From an uncultured bacterium (GTDB lineage Bacteria > CSSED10-310 > CALFER01), in NCBI GenBank assembly GCA_964472395.1, contig CAYYMM010000007.1, forward strand, positions 1,911 through 65,910: 64,000 nucleotides of DNA, written 5' to 3'. Made by a program: the position numbers and the translations under genes. Below are positions 7,383 through 17,821 of the stretch, piece after piece. Under the pieces are notes generated by a model that did not search any database, was not told where the DNA came from, and saw nothing but the letters and a program-made list of their open reading frames with translations. Numbering within the stretch: the first letter of the stretch is position 1; every line of letters begins with the position of its first letter.

Positions 7383-9176
7383 ATGTTTCCCATATTGAAA
7401 CGATTTTATTTTTTGCTCGGCTCCCACAAACCAACCTATCTCTGCGCAGCCCTCTCACTCCTGCTCGCCACCTCTTTCCAGCTGACCGTTCCCTGGCTGA
7501 TACGCGGAGCCATCGATACGCTCGAAACCGGCATCGCCACACGACGCGGTCTCATCATGACAGCGCTTGCCATCGTTGCCCTGACAGCGCTCGAAGCGTT
7601 ATTCACTTTCTTCAAGGGAAGGCTCTCGGCGTCAGCCTCCGAGGGCACCGTGCGCGATCTCCGCAACGCGGTTTTTAAACGGCTGATGCATATCCCGATG
7701 GGTGTTCATGCGACACTCCAGACCGGTGACGTCATTCAACGAGCGACCTCGGACATCGGCACGATCGGCCGGTTTCTCGGTTTGCAGGTTGCGGAAGTCG
7801 CCCGCACGTTGTGTCTGTTGATCGGCATCAGCGTGCTGCTTGCGGCACTCAATCCGGGTCTGGCGCTCTATGTGCTCGCCGTCGTCCCGCCCATCTTCAT
7901 CTTCTCGGCCTTCTTCTTCTCGAAAATTCATTCCCGTTTCGAGCAGTATGATGAGGCGGAGGCAGCGCTGTCGTCGCGCGTACAGGAACACCTCAGCGGA
8001 ATTCGGGTAGTGAAGGCATTCGCACGCGAAACGTACGAACTGGGGCTGTTCGATACCGCCAATGAAAACCTCGCCAGACAGGACACGCACCTCATCCGCC
8101 TCCACTCGATCTTCTGGCCTACATCGGATCTGATGTGCATGATGCAGGCCGTGATCGTGCTGCTGATCGGCGGGGTGAAGACGATCTCGGGCGACATGAC
8201 GCTCGGGGCATTCGTCGCCTTCAACAGCTACGTGATGTATCTCATCTGGCCTGTCCGGCACGTCGGACGGCTCCTGGGCGAGATGGGCCGGGCAACGGTT
8301 TCGATCGGACGGGTGCAGGAACTGCTCGATCTTCCGGTTGAGGAGGATGCTTCCGGGTTTGTTGACAGGAATACTTGCGGTGGGAGTATCGAGTTCGAAG
8401 ATGTCTCACTCGTGTTCGGAAGCAACGAAGTCCTGTCGAATGTGTCACTGGCCATCGAACCGGGGCAGACACTGGCGATTCTCGGCGCGACCGGTTCAGG
8501 GAAGACGACTCTGGTCAGTCTGCTCGGATTGTTCCATGACCATTACAGCGGAAGCATCCGGATCGATGGGATCGAGTTGCGTGACATGCCAAGACAGGCC
8601 CTTCGGAGAAGGGTCGGGTTCGTGATGCAGGAGGCCTGTCTGTTTTCGCGATCGATCCGGGACAACATCGCGTTCGGGCCGGGGGAGCACTCGGAGACCG
8701 ACATCCGCCGGGCGGCTCGAACGGCTTCCGCCGATCGGTTCATCGAAACGTTTCCGGACGGATACGAGACGCTGGTCGGCGAACGCGGCATCACGCTGTC
8801 GGGCGGTCAGAAGCAGAGACTCTCGCTGGCGCGCACACTGGTCAACGATCCGCCGATCCTCGTGCTGGACGACACGACCTCGGCGCTCGATACGCAGACT
8901 GAATCCGAGATCTGCTCGGCGGTCAGGAAGGGTGCAGCCGGACGAACGACGATCATCGTTACGCACCGGCTCAGCACGGCGGCGGGCGCTGATCGGATCG
9001 CCGTCATGGAGCGAGGCCGGATCGTTCAGATCGGAACGCATGAGGAACTAGTCGCTCGGGATGGTGCGTATCGAAATCTCTTGAACATTCAGAACACGCG
9101 CATGAATCGGTTGCGTATGGAGATCGAGAATGCAAGCAATGAAATACAGCGAAGTCGAATTCAGCAAGCGGTTTGA
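7383..9176 (+). CDS. ABC transporter permease/ATP-binding protein (type I exporter, MsbA/MdlB-like), subunit 1
   Basis: Six-TM domain followed by an NBD with Walker A GATGSGKTT, signature LSGGQKQRLSLAR and Walker B ILVLDD. ATG 7383 is preceded by GGAGG. The upstream in-frame extension from 7203 runs through the repeats and is considered non-coding. Confidence 0.85.
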   Translation: MFPILKRFYFLLGSHKPTYLCAALSLLLATSFQLTVPWLIRGAIDTLETGIATRRGLIMTALAIVALTALEALFTFFKGRLSASASEGTVRDLRNAVFKRLMHIPMGVHATLQTGDVIQRATSDIGTIGRFLGLQVAEVARTLCLLIGISVLLAALNPGLALYVLAVVPPIFIFSAFFFSKIHSRFEQYDEAEAALSSRVQEHLSGIRVVKAFARETYELGLFDTANENLARQDTHLIRLHSIFWPTSDLMCMMQAVIVLLIGGVKTISGDMTLGAFVAFNSYVMYLIWPVRHVGRLLGEMGRATVSIGRVQELLDLPVEEDASGFVDRNTCGGSIEFEDVSLVFGSNEVLSNVSLAIEPGQTLAILGATGSGKTTLVSLLGLFHDHYSGSIRIDGIELRDMPRQALRRRVGFVMQEACLFSRSIRDNIAFGPGEHSETDIRRAARTASADRFIETFPDGYETLVGERGITLSGGQKQRLSLARTLVNDPPILVLDDTTSALDTQTESEICSAVRKGAAGRTTIIVTHRLSTAAGADRIAVMERGRIVQIGTHEELVARDGAYRNLLNIQNTRMNRLRMEIENASNEIQRSRIQQAV

Positions 9177-10944
9177 TGCTGCCTTGTGGCGTCATCTGTT
9201 TCGCTTGCTCAAGCCTTACTGGAAAACCTATCTCGTTGTCGGATGTATCACGGCAATGCTTTCCGGAGTCGATGTTCTGATGCCGCTCGCGATCCGTCAT
9301 GCGATCGACCGCGGGATTGCCGTCAAAGATATGACCGAAATCTATTTCGCATCATCGGTTTATATCCTATTGATCGCGATGCAGTCGTTGCTGGTCTGGG
9401 GATTCATCCGCAAGAGCGGCAAGGTGGGCGTGCGTTTCGTGGCGGATCTGCGTCGCAAACTGTTCACGCATCTCCAGACGTTATCGGTTTCGTTTTTCGA
9501 TGAAACTCCTGCAGGTTGGCTGTTGACGAGAGTCATGAGCGACACGCAGCGGGTTGGTGAGACCGTCACGTGGGCGGCAGTCGATTTCCTCTGGGGGATC
9601 ATGATGATGATTTTCATGGCCGTTACCATGTTCATCGTCGACTGGAGGCTTGCACTGGCGTCGATGGTACTCATGCCGGCGATGATCCTCGTGTCGGTGT
9701 TTTTCCAGAAATCGATCCTGGAGTTGGCGCGTAAAGTCCGGAAAATCAATTCGGAAATCACGGCCGGTTACAGTGAGAGCATCACCGGGCTGCGTGTCAT
9801 CAAGTCTCTGGCGCGTGAGGATCGATCGAACGACGAGTTTCGTGAGATGACCGGTTCGATGTATCGGGCGGCCGTGCATTCCGCATCGGTTTCATCGATT
9901 TATCTTCCCATCATTCATGTGATCGGCGCGGTCGGGAGCGCATTCGTCATCGCATTGGGAGGTTCGGGCTCGATCGCGGGCATCATCTCGCTCGGTACAC
10001 TCGTCGCTTTCATCTCGTATTCCAGACGATTTTTCGAACCTGCCATGGATATCGCGCGAATCTTCGGACAGTTTCAGGAAACGCAGGCCTGTGCGGAACG
10101 CCTCTTCCGGCTGCTCGAGATGCAGCCGACGGTAAGGGATGCACCGAAGATCGTGCCGATCCGGCGTTTGGCGGGTCGGGTCGAATTCGATGAAGTGGGT
10201 TTCTCGTATGATGGCCGCGTAGATGTGCTCACGCAGGTCAACCTGACCATTCAGCCCGGGTGGAAAGTAGCGCTTGTCGGGCCGACCGGCGGCGGCAAGA
10301 CGACTCTGGCAAACCTTCTGATGCGCTTCCATGATCCAACCTCGGGTGTCGTGCGAATCGACGGTGTGGATCTCAGGCATTATCCAGTCGAGTCGATTCG
10401 GTCGCAGATGGGGATCGTGCTGCAGACACCCTATCTGTTCAGCGGGACGATCCTGGAAAACATCCGGTACGGGAAGCTGGATGCCTCGGAGCATGAGATT
10501 GAAGAAGCGGCGCGTTCCGCCGGTGCGCATGAGTTTATCAGCGTGTTGCCGGAGGGGTATGAAACGCGATTGGAGGAGAACGGAGAGCCTCTGTCGACGG
10601 GGCAGAAACAGATGATATCGATTGCCAGGGCGATTCTGGCGGATCCGGCGATCTGCATACTAGATGAGGCGACCGCATCGGTAGACATTGAGACTGAATT
10701 TGCGATTCAGGGCGCGATGGATGTGTTACTGAGGGGCCGGACGAGTGTGATCATTGCACATCGACTGGCCACGATCCGTCAGGCTGATCGGATTCTGGTG
10801 ATTCGGGAGGGGCGGATTGCGGAGGCAGGGACGCATGCCGAGTTACTGGCGATGCGGGGGCATTATCATGAGCTGTATTGTCAGCAATTCGTGAGCAGCG
10901 ACCGAGAAGGTCTGTTGCGGCCGATGTTTGGTACTGCCGTATAA
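9130..10944 (+). CDS. ABC transporter permease/ATP-binding protein, subunit 2 (heterodimer partner)
   Basis: TMD plus an NBD with Walker A GPTGGGKTT, signature LSTGQKQMISIAR and Walker B ILDEATASVD. It overlaps the upstream gene by ~45 nt, indicating coupled translation. Confidence 0.85.
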   Translation: MQAMKYSEVEFSKRFDAALWRHLFRLLKPYWKTYLVVGCITAMLSGVDVLMPLAIRHAIDRGIAVKDMTEIYFASSVYILLIAMQSLLVWGFIRKSGKVGVRFVADLRRKLFTHLQTLSVSFFDETPAGWLLTRVMSDTQRVGETVTWAAVDFLWGIMMMIFMAVTMFIVDWRLALASMVLMPAMILVSVFFQKSILELARKVRKINSEITAGYSESITGLRVIKSLAREDRSNDEFREMTGSMYRAAVHSASVSSIYLPIIHVIGAVGSAFVIALGGSGSIAGIISLGTLVAFISYSRRFFEPAMDIARIFGQFQETQACAERLFRLLEMQPTVRDAPKIVPIRRLAGRVEFDEVGFSYDGRVDVLTQVNLTIQPGWKVALVGPTGGGKTTLANLLMRFHDPTSGVVRIDGVDLRHYPVESIRSQMGIVLQTPYLFSGTILENIRYGKLDASEHEIEEAARSAGAHEFISVLPEGYETRLEENGEPLSTGQKQMISIARAILADPAICILDEATASVDIETEFAIQGAMDVLLRGRTSVIIAHRLATIRQADRILVIREGRIAEAGTHAELLAMRGHYHELYCQQFVSSDREGLLRPMFGTAV

Positions 10945-11011
10945 CACCGGAAATCCCGCGACGAGAAGACACGGAGTTACGGAATCTATGCGCATATCAG
11001 AATCAACTCGT

Positions 11012-11359
11012 TCAATTTGACAACTCCTCCAGATACCACATCACCCCTTCCAGATCCTTCAAAACGTTCATCGCCCTGAGATGCACAACCTGCAAGCCAA
11101 GGGATCGCATGTACTTATCGCGCTTCTGGTCGTACTCTTTTTTATTGTCGTGACTTCTGCCGTCGATTTCAATCACGAGGCATTTACTGGCGCAATAAAA
11201 ATCCACAATGTAGTTCCCAATGATCTTCTGCCGGTCGAAGTCGAGACCATGGAGTTGTTTATTTCTGAGTCGCTTCCATAACAGGACTTCATGCAACATG
11301 CCGGCTTTGCGGAGTCGGCGGACACGCTCACGAAGTGCGGAGTTATAGGGAAGTGACAT
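11012..11359 (-). CDS. DUF559 endonuclease-domain protein (Vsr/REase-like fold)
   Basis: LLWKRLR...GLDFDRQKIIGNYIVDFYCASKCLVIEIDGRSHD...QKRDKYMRSLGLQVVHL is typical of DUF559. The start is chosen at MSLPYN (ORF track extends to 11419). Confidence 0.55.
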   Translation of the reverse strand: MSLPYNSALRERVRRLRKAGMLHEVLLWKRLRNKQLHGLDFDRQKIIGNYIVDFYCASKCLVIEIDGRSHDNKKEYDQKRDKYMRSLGLQVVHLRAMNVLKDLEGVMWYLEELSN

Positions 11360-11410
11360 ATAGGCTTTGGTATCGCGTTTTTGCACCCCCCCGTCAGTCT
11401 GCGCCTGACA

Positions 11411-11467
11411 CCCCTCCACGGGAGGGGTGGCGCGAAGCGCCGGGGTGGTCGTGGCGCGAAGCGCCGG
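11411..11467. repeat. Hairpin array: CCCCTCC-ACG-GGAGGGG plus two tandem GTGGCGCGAAGCGCCGG palindromes (GCGAAGC mini-hairpin core) spaced 24 nt apart
   Basis: Read directly from the sequence. It lies between the arsC stop (11516) and the DUF559 start. Confidence 0.85.
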
Positions 11468-11515
11468 TGTTGCTCTCTCGTATCCTCACAACACTGAATA
11501 TACCACCAGCTTATA

Positions 11516-11947
11516 CTACATCTCCAGTGCCCCCACCCAGGCCTCCACCTGTTTGCGGATCTCATCCCGGATCCACGCGATCGCCTCACGTTTCTCGTCA
11601 TCCGTCCCATCGAGCTGTGCCGGATCGGGAAAACTCCAGTGCAACCGCCGGGTCACTCCTGTAAAAATCGGACAGCGTTCCGCGGACGCCTGATCGCAGA
11701 CCGTGATCACATGGCTGTACAATCTGCCGGCCTTGACCAGATCAAAGACGCTTTTCGTTCTCTTGTTCGAGATATCGATCCCGACTTCACTCATCGAGCG
11801 CACAATCAGTGGATTCAGTGTCCCCGGTTCCAGTCCGGCGCTCTCCGCTTCGATCCGATCTCCGAAGAGCGCATTCGTCCACGCTTCCGCCATCTGACTC
11901 CGCGCGCTGTTATGCACGCAGACGAACAATACCCTGAGTTTTTTCAT
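11516..11947 (-). CDS. arsC: Arsenate reductase, LMW-PTP family (thioredoxin-coupled ArsC)
   Basis: P-loop [18 protein letters not shown] (CX5R) and downstream Cys residues ([14 protein letters not shown]). Start chosen at [10 protein letters not shown]. Confidence 0.8.
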   Translation of the reverse strand: MKKLRVLFVCVHNSARSQMAEAWTNALFGDRIEAESAGLEPGTLNPLIVRSMSEVGIDISNKRTKSVFDLVKAGRLYSHVITVCDQASAERCPIFTGVTRRLHWSFPDPAQLDGTDDEKREAIAWIRDEIRKQVEAWVGALEM

Positions 11948-12299
11948 GCGATTCCCTTCCCGTGTCTGACCGGTACTCAACCGGGCAGCTTCGTCATTCA
12001 AATCTACGGAAGCTCGAGAGTGGAACTCAAGAGTTGTGCCGCGATTCACGAAGAACTCATGTTATACTGATATAGTCTGAATCCACCCTTCGCGCGTTTC
12101 AAAAGGTTTAAAACGAATCGATAACAGTAATCGGCTCTCAATCAGGAGTGACTGATGAAGCATATTATCCTAAAATGCATGAATCATCGTTAAACTGGAT
12201 CAGAACATAAACTCTGAGTCTCAAGAGAAGCGTTACGTATCAAAATGTTGACTGTTCCAGATGCGTTTGAATACAATAAACTAAACGAACGGAGGTAGA

Positions 12300-14009
12300 A
12301 TGAAATCATTTCGTATTGTTTCGATCTTGATTTTATCAGTTCACTGTTATTATAGCTCTAATGCCCAAGAGTGGTTCATCTATCCTATTGTTCCGACAAC
12401 TAACAAAGATCTCACCGCAGTATGTGTCCCTTCCGAAGGAATTTTTAAGAATCAACCATGGGTCGTCCTTGATACATTTGCTGCACCCAGCTTTATTCAT
12501 GTGATTTCTCCAGAAACGATTTCGGTTGAAACAGCGTATGGTTTACACGGTAAAGTTTCTCAGTTGATGCACAACCCGGATGGCAACTTGCTGTTTTTCT
12601 GTGTCAGCGATTGGGAAGGCGCATGGATTTACAGAAGAGAACAAAACAACCTTTGGCAGCAGGTTTTCAGCTATGAGATGGTTGAGACAGAGAGACAAGC
12701 AACGATTTTCTGGAATCGAGATTCCAGACACTGGGATCTGCACGTTTCCAAAATTCAAGATTATAGGGAATATGAGATGGCTATTTTATGGAACCACGCG
12801 ATCTGGCATCTCGAACTCGCGCCATCGAATTTCCTGATCCTGTCTCAGGAATGCGAGTTGCTCTATCCATGCACCATTCGAACGACTCCGGGAGGGTCGA
12901 TCATCTGGGCGGAAATCTACGAAATGTACTATCCATCTTCAAGCCTCCATATGTTGATGTGGAAGTACTGCGAACCGCCCGACTGGGAAACAGACACGTC
13001 GATCGTCCCTATTCCCGGTGCGACGTTCTATGAACAGGAACAGTCACAACCATCCGAGACATCGTTTCGAATGCTTCAGGATGTCGATCCGGGACATTCC
13101 TGGATTGCAGCCTGGAATTTTAGAAGTCACTATTTTGCAAAGTCCAAGTTGGGGCCTATGATACTTTTAGAACCCGGCCAAACCGTTTTTGACACTTTGG
13201 TTGTAGATGATTTAACTACAGCAATTCTCTACGGAGGTCCCGGTCTTTTTTTGCGGGAATGCCGATCCGGAGTCTGGATGGATCCGATACTGATCAGTGA
13301 GGATCCGGCCTTTCAGGCACAGATGGATTATGCATCGGAGAAATATTGGATCGCATATCGCTCAGCTCAGACATTGTATTTCGTTTTTCAGGATGAGATC
13401 CCTGCGACACCTACCACAGGCCCCTCATACACTCCAACCAGCACAGCTACTCCCACTGCAACCAAGACGTTCACACCGACACGAACTCCAACACGAACAC
13501 CGACACGGACACCAACGCCAACTTTCTCCGCAACCGTAACTGAAACTCCAAGTTCAACACAAACTCCGGTGCCAAGCCCTACGATGACAACAACTCCGAC
13601 TCTGACTCCAACCCCTTCCTTGACACCTTCGCATACACCCACTCCAAATTGCTCATACCTTGGCGTGACCCTGACAATGCCATTCCATGAGTTTACATCG
13701 GGAACCGTGTGCTTTCTTAACGCAAGCATCTGTAATTCGTTTACAGAAGACATTCATGACATTGCATTTTTCTGCCTTCTGGATGTCGCTGGTTCATATT
13801 GGTATTTTCCCGATTGGGAACAGTCTCCAGGCTGGTACTCGATTGCAGTTTTACCGACTGGCACATCCGAGATTCATGTGATTGATTCTTTTCTCTGGCC
13901 GTCTGGATCCGGAGCATGCTCCAATGCCCGATTCGTTTCGGCGATCATGGACATTGAATCGAATACAATCCAAGGATCCATCCATGAATGGCCGTTTTCC
14001 TTTCATTGA
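12300..14009 (+). CDS. Secreted hypothetical protein with a Pro/Thr-rich linker and a conserved C-terminal domain; low-GC gene
   Basis: Strong SD GGAGGTAGA-ATG and an N-terminal signal peptide. The linker reads [17 protein letters not shown].... The C-terminal ~120 aa ([17 protein letters not shown]...) resembles the C-terminus of the 41281..45825 protein. The region is markedly AT-richer than its flanks. Confidence 0.6.
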   Translation: MKSFRIVSILILSVHCYYSSNAQEWFIYPIVPTTNKDLTAVCVPSEGIFKNQPWVVLDTFAAPSFIHVISPETISVETAYGLHGKVSQLMHNPDGNLLFFCVSDWEGAWIYRREQNNLWQQVFSYEMVETERQATIFWNRDSRHWDLHVSKIQDYREYEMAILWNHAIWHLELAPSNFLILSQECELLYPCTIRTTPGGSIIWAEIYEMYYPSSSLHMLMWKYCEPPDWETDTSIVPIPGATFYEQEQSQPSETSFRMLQDVDPGHSWIAAWNFRSHYFAKSKLGPMILLEPGQTVFDTLVVDDLTTAILYGGPGLFLRECRSGVWMDPILISEDPAFQAQMDYASEKYWIAYRSAQTLYFVFQDEIPATPTTGPSYTPTSTATPTATKTFTPTRTPTRTPTRTPTPTFSATVTETPSSTQTPVPSPTMTTTPTLTPTPSLTPSHTPTPNCSYLGVTLTMPFHEFTSGTVCFLNASICNSFTEDIHDIAFFCLLDVAGSYWYFPDWEQSPGWYSIAVLPTGTSEIHVIDSFLWPSGSGACSNARFVSAIMDIESNTIQGSIHEWPFSFH

Positions 14010-14384
14010 CACCCGAAGCTCGACATATCAGATCGAAATCCCCTGTTTGAACAAACCTGTGCGTTGCGTCGGTTGTTTCGTCTCTCCGTGCGTCCCAACA
14101 TCATGCCAGGAAAATCGAAAACTGCGAATTTCGGATAGCAACGCGCCAGCGTCTTGAATCGGGATCTCGACGGCAAAATCGGCACGAAGCACTCATGGGA
14201 TCGCAGTAATCGTTGACTCTCCCTGCATTCTGATCTATAAGAATTCGGCCGAAATGCGGCATTTTTTCATGACTTCCGACCCGGACGACCTACCGCACTA
14301 CGCCATGGCATCCGGGCCCGAGCCTGACGGCTCAAGGGCTGAAGCGGAAACACTTCAACCTCCCATTACGGAAAGGAATTCAGT

Positions 14385-16382
14385 ATGCTCCGGATCATTT
14401 TATCTCTTGTAACCCTCACATTCTTCATTCTAAACCCGGCCTTGTCGATCGCCGCTGATCCTCCGGACGAAGACACATCGACTCCTCTCGTCTTCGATAT
14501 GGGCCAGATCCACGTCACCGGCTCGGTACTTCCGGAAGAACCCCCTGCCAAAACCACCATCACGACCGAGACCTTCGATCAGAATCTTGAACAAAGCGTC
14601 GTCGAAACGGTCGAACGCGCCCCGGGAATTTCGGTTTCCACGGGATCCAAGAACGAACCTAAAATCTACATGCGCGGTCTGGCACAGGAACGGATTCTGG
14701 TGCTCTATGACGGCGTACCCATGGCTGCCCCATACTACGGCGATCTCGACACCTCCGAATTGCCCCTCGAAAATCTTTCGGAAGTCAGTATCCTCCGTGG
14801 CAACTCGTCGGTGCTCTTCGGCGCCAACGCTCTCGGCGGCGTCGTCAGCCTGATCTCGGCGAAACCCTCCTCAAAACCCAACCTCAATCTCCTCGCAAGC
14901 GTCGATCAGGAAGGCAATTTCATGGCCCGTGCTGCGCATGGAATGCGGATCGGTCCCTGGTACTATCAGGTGTCGGCCGGCGTGCGCGATTCCGACGGCT
15001 GGCCGATGTCGGACGATTTCAAACCGGTCTATGACAGCAAGGGCAACCTGCTCGAAGACGGCGACATCCGGGATAACTCGGATTACTCTCAGTGGAGCCT
15101 CGGCATGAAGGCCGGATTTGAATGGGAAACGGGCGAACTGAGTGTCTCCGGCAATTACATGGATGCGGAAAAAGGCATCCCGCCGACCACGGATCCGAAT
15201 TCAAAGGCACAGTGGTGGGAATTCCCGACCTGGAAGAAATCCGGGATCGTGCTGGCCGGCCGTCAGGCCGCGGGGGATTCGATGGATTTCCGCGCGAACT
15301 TCTTCTATCACACCTACGACAACACGCTGAAAAACTGGAAGGATGCCGAGCGGACCGAACTCAATTACCAGAGCACCTACGACGATTTCAACATGGGCGG
15401 CAATTTCCGGTTCGAGTGGGAAGCTTCGGAGCAATTCGTGCTGCGGAGTGCCCTGAGCGCTGTTTTGGATAACCACAAAGCTCAGGACAATCCTGGCGAA
15501 CCATGGTCGGAATACAAGGCGATGACCACGACGATCGGAGCCGAAGGCGAATGGCGGCCGCTGGAAGTCTTCACCCTTCAGGTTGGTGCGGGGTGGGAAG
15601 TCTACAATTTCGACACCATCACCAATACCAGCGCTTCGTCCTCATCGATTTCGACCCGCGCACCCGATATCGACGCACCAACCTTCAATCTTCTCGCGTC
15701 CTGGCGACCCATCGAATCACACCAGATCTCTGCGGCCATCGGCCTGCGCAACCGTTTCCCGACAATGCATCAGCTCTTCAGCAACATCGAGGAATTCCAA
15801 CCCGAGGACGTCGACACACTCGATCCGGAAAAATCGATGCAGTATTCGCTGGGATATTCGTTCATCCGGGATGCGATCGAACTGGGAGCTTCCGCGTTCT
15901 ATTACGATGTCGATGATTTGATCGAACGACCCGACCGGGATGCGCTCTATGAAAACATACAGACCGCCACATTCTCCGGTATCGAACTGTGGGGTGGATA
16001 TCAGCCGAAAACCGGTCCGCAGGGTCTGTTCAACTACACGTTCCTCGATGCGAAAAACAAGACTTCCGGTCAGCCCGAACAGGATCTGGCCTACACTCCG
16101 GAACACACCGTCCGTCTCGATGCCGGCTATGCGTTCGAATTCGGCACCACACTCCTCGCCAACCTCACCTACCGGGACAACGTCATTCAGTACGACCGCG
16201 ACGGCAATCCGCTGGATGTCCCCTCCTACTCGATCTACGGTCTCCAGATCCTCCATACCTTCGACTTCGGTCTTTCGCTGAACGTCAAGGCCGATAACCT
16301 TCTGGACGAGGATTACTATCAGGAAATCGGGTTCGAACAACCCGGCCGCGTGATTTCCTTCGGTGTGCAGTACAAGCTGTAA
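14385..16382 (+). CDS. TonB-dependent outer-membrane receptor
   Basis: Signal peptide; plug domain (IYMRGLAQERILVLYDGVPM, NLSEVSILRGNSSVLFGANALGGVVSL); long beta-barrel region; C-terminal aromatic-rich end FGVQYKL. Confidence 0.75.
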   Translation: MLRIILSLVTLTFFILNPALSIAADPPDEDTSTPLVFDMGQIHVTGSVLPEEPPAKTTITTETFDQNLEQSVVETVERAPGISVSTGSKNEPKIYMRGLAQERILVLYDGVPMAAPYYGDLDTSELPLENLSEVSILRGNSSVLFGANALGGVVSLISAKPSSKPNLNLLASVDQEGNFMARAAHGMRIGPWYYQVSAGVRDSDGWPMSDDFKPVYDSKGNLLEDGDIRDNSDYSQWSLGMKAGFEWETGELSVSGNYMDAEKGIPPTTDPNSKAQWWEFPTWKKSGIVLAGRQAAGDSMDFRANFFYHTYDNTLKNWKDAERTELNYQSTYDDFNMGGNFRFEWEASEQFVLRSALSAVLDNHKAQDNPGEPWSEYKAMTTTIGAEGEWRPLEVFTLQVGAGWEVYNFDTITNTSASSSSISTRAPDIDAPTFNLLASWRPIESHQISAAIGLRNRFPTMHQLFSNIEEFQPEDVDTLDPEKSMQYSLGYSFIRDAIELGASAFYYDVDDLIERPDRDALYENIQTATFSGIELWGGYQPKTGPQGLFNYTFLDAKNKTSGQPEQDLAYTPEHTVRLDAGYAFEFGTTLLANLTYRDNVIQYDRDGNPLDVPSYSIYGLQILHTFDFGLSLNVKADNLLDEDYYQEIGFEQPGRVISFGVQYKL

Positions 16383-16493
16383 CCGGTGATATGAAGCGTA
16401 CGATCGGTCGGGTCGAATCGCTCGACCCGACCAATCCGGGGCTATTTCTAACCAATGAACGGATCAGGCAGACAGTCTTGGGGAGGAAACGTG

Positions 16494-17672
16494 ATGACGA
16501 CATTGAGGCAGATGATAAATTTGACAATTATTGCCGGGTTGATGCTGTGGCCCGTGATGAGTCCGACATTCGCCGCTGACCCGACGGCATCCGACGGCCA
16601 TCCGACACCGAATTCGAAACCACGCGATGTCTCCCATGCCTATCCGGGACATGGATTCAACCAGGACCTCGAAAACACTCTGCATGTGTATCCGGACAAA
16701 GCCGGCACGAGGATCGACGACTGCCGGCTCTGCCATATCGAAGGCGTCCGGAACAACCGCCGGATCAACAATTGCGATTTCTGCCACATGGTATACGAAA
16801 AAGAGGGCTATGCGGTGACCCTGAACGCATACGGCATCGACTTCAATCAGGCAGGCCGGTCGAAGGAAGCGGTCGAATCGATCCGCGAAACCGATTCGGA
16901 CAAAGATGGTGTGACCAATGATGCCGAGATCAAAGCGCTCTGTTATCCGGGTGAGGCATCGAGCAAACCGGGACTGCCGGATTCCAAATCAAAAAATCTC
17001 TCGGCAGCCGATCTGAAAAAAATGCCGGGTCATACCCAGTTCCTGCTCATGAATGCCTCGAAACACACCGACTACTACGCGACTTACGGAGGCTGGACCA
17101 TCGAATCGATCCTGAAATCCGCCGGAATCCCACTGGACGGCGTCACCGGTATCACGGTTTTTTCGGTGGATGGATATCGAAAGGATATTTCGATTGACGA
17201 GATCCGCCAGACCTTCCCCGCGGGCGTTTTTCATACGAAAGAGACGCTCAAGGTTCCCGAAAACTGTCCGGAGTTGATCCGTGCTCCCGAGGTTCTTCCG
17301 GACGGCGTCAAACCGGGTGAGGGGATCCTGAATCCTCTCCGCGTCATGCTGGCGAGTGATCGCGACGGCATTCCGATGAAGAAGCTCGGTCGCAACGAAC
17401 AGGGTAAACTCGAGGGCGAAGGCAATTACCGCCTCATCCTGCCGGAACGCAACCCGTCTCCTCCCGATCAATCCTCGAAAAATCCGCCGAGCGACTGCCC
17501 GTACCCCTACACCTATGCGCTCCATCACAATGCGGGCGATTGCGCGCGCGGCGTCGTGGCGATCCGGATCGATCCGGTTCCGGAGGGTTTCAACGAGACC
17601 GATTGGCTGCCGAAGGCACAGGGTCTGCTTGATTCCCAGACCATCCTCCTGTTCGGACACGGTCAGGATTGA
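16494..17672 (+). CDS. Secreted protein with two CxxCH heme-binding motifs (putative c-type cytochrome-like protein) and an Asp-rich Ca-binding-like segment
   Basis: Signal peptide ...SPTFA-ADP; CRLCH and CDFCH motifs 18 residues apart; DSDKDGVTNDAEI. It lies immediately downstream of the TonB-dependent receptor. Confidence 0.5.
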   Translation: MTTLRQMINLTIIAGLMLWPVMSPTFAADPTASDGHPTPNSKPRDVSHAYPGHGFNQDLENTLHVYPDKAGTRIDDCRLCHIEGVRNNRRINNCDFCHMVYEKEGYAVTLNAYGIDFNQAGRSKEAVESIRETDSDKDGVTNDAEIKALCYPGEASSKPGLPDSKSKNLSAADLKKMPGHTQFLLMNASKHTDYYATYGGWTIESILKSAGIPLDGVTGITVFSVDGYRKDISIDEIRQTFPAGVFHTKETLKVPENCPELIRAPEVLPDGVKPGEGILNPLRVMLASDRDGIPMKKLGRNEQGKLEGEGNYRLILPERNPSPPDQSSKNPPSDCPYPYTYALHHNAGDCARGVVAIRIDPVPEGFNETDWLPKAQGLLDSQTILLFGHGQD

Positions 17673-17821
17673 ATTTTAATATTCCGGACACTTCGACAGG
17701 CTCAGTGTATGGGGCTGCGCATCAAGCGGGAATCCAGCCTGCAGGCTACGGGGTTTTGTGTTGTGATTTTTCCCCATAGTTGATATTGGTTCGCGAGGGA
17801 ACCAAGGAGGGGCTGATTTCC

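Noticed and set aside
11335-11664. Plus-strand ORFs across the hairpin array (for example ...REGWREAPGWSWREAP...)
   Set aside because: These are translations of palindromic repeats in the intergenic region between arsC and the DUF559 gene, with no start context.
16455-16493. Longer start for the CxxCH protein (MNGSGRQSWGGNV...)
   Set aside because: The GGGAGG SD is positioned for ATG 16494, and the signal peptide begins there. The upstream extension is hydrophilic and unlikely.
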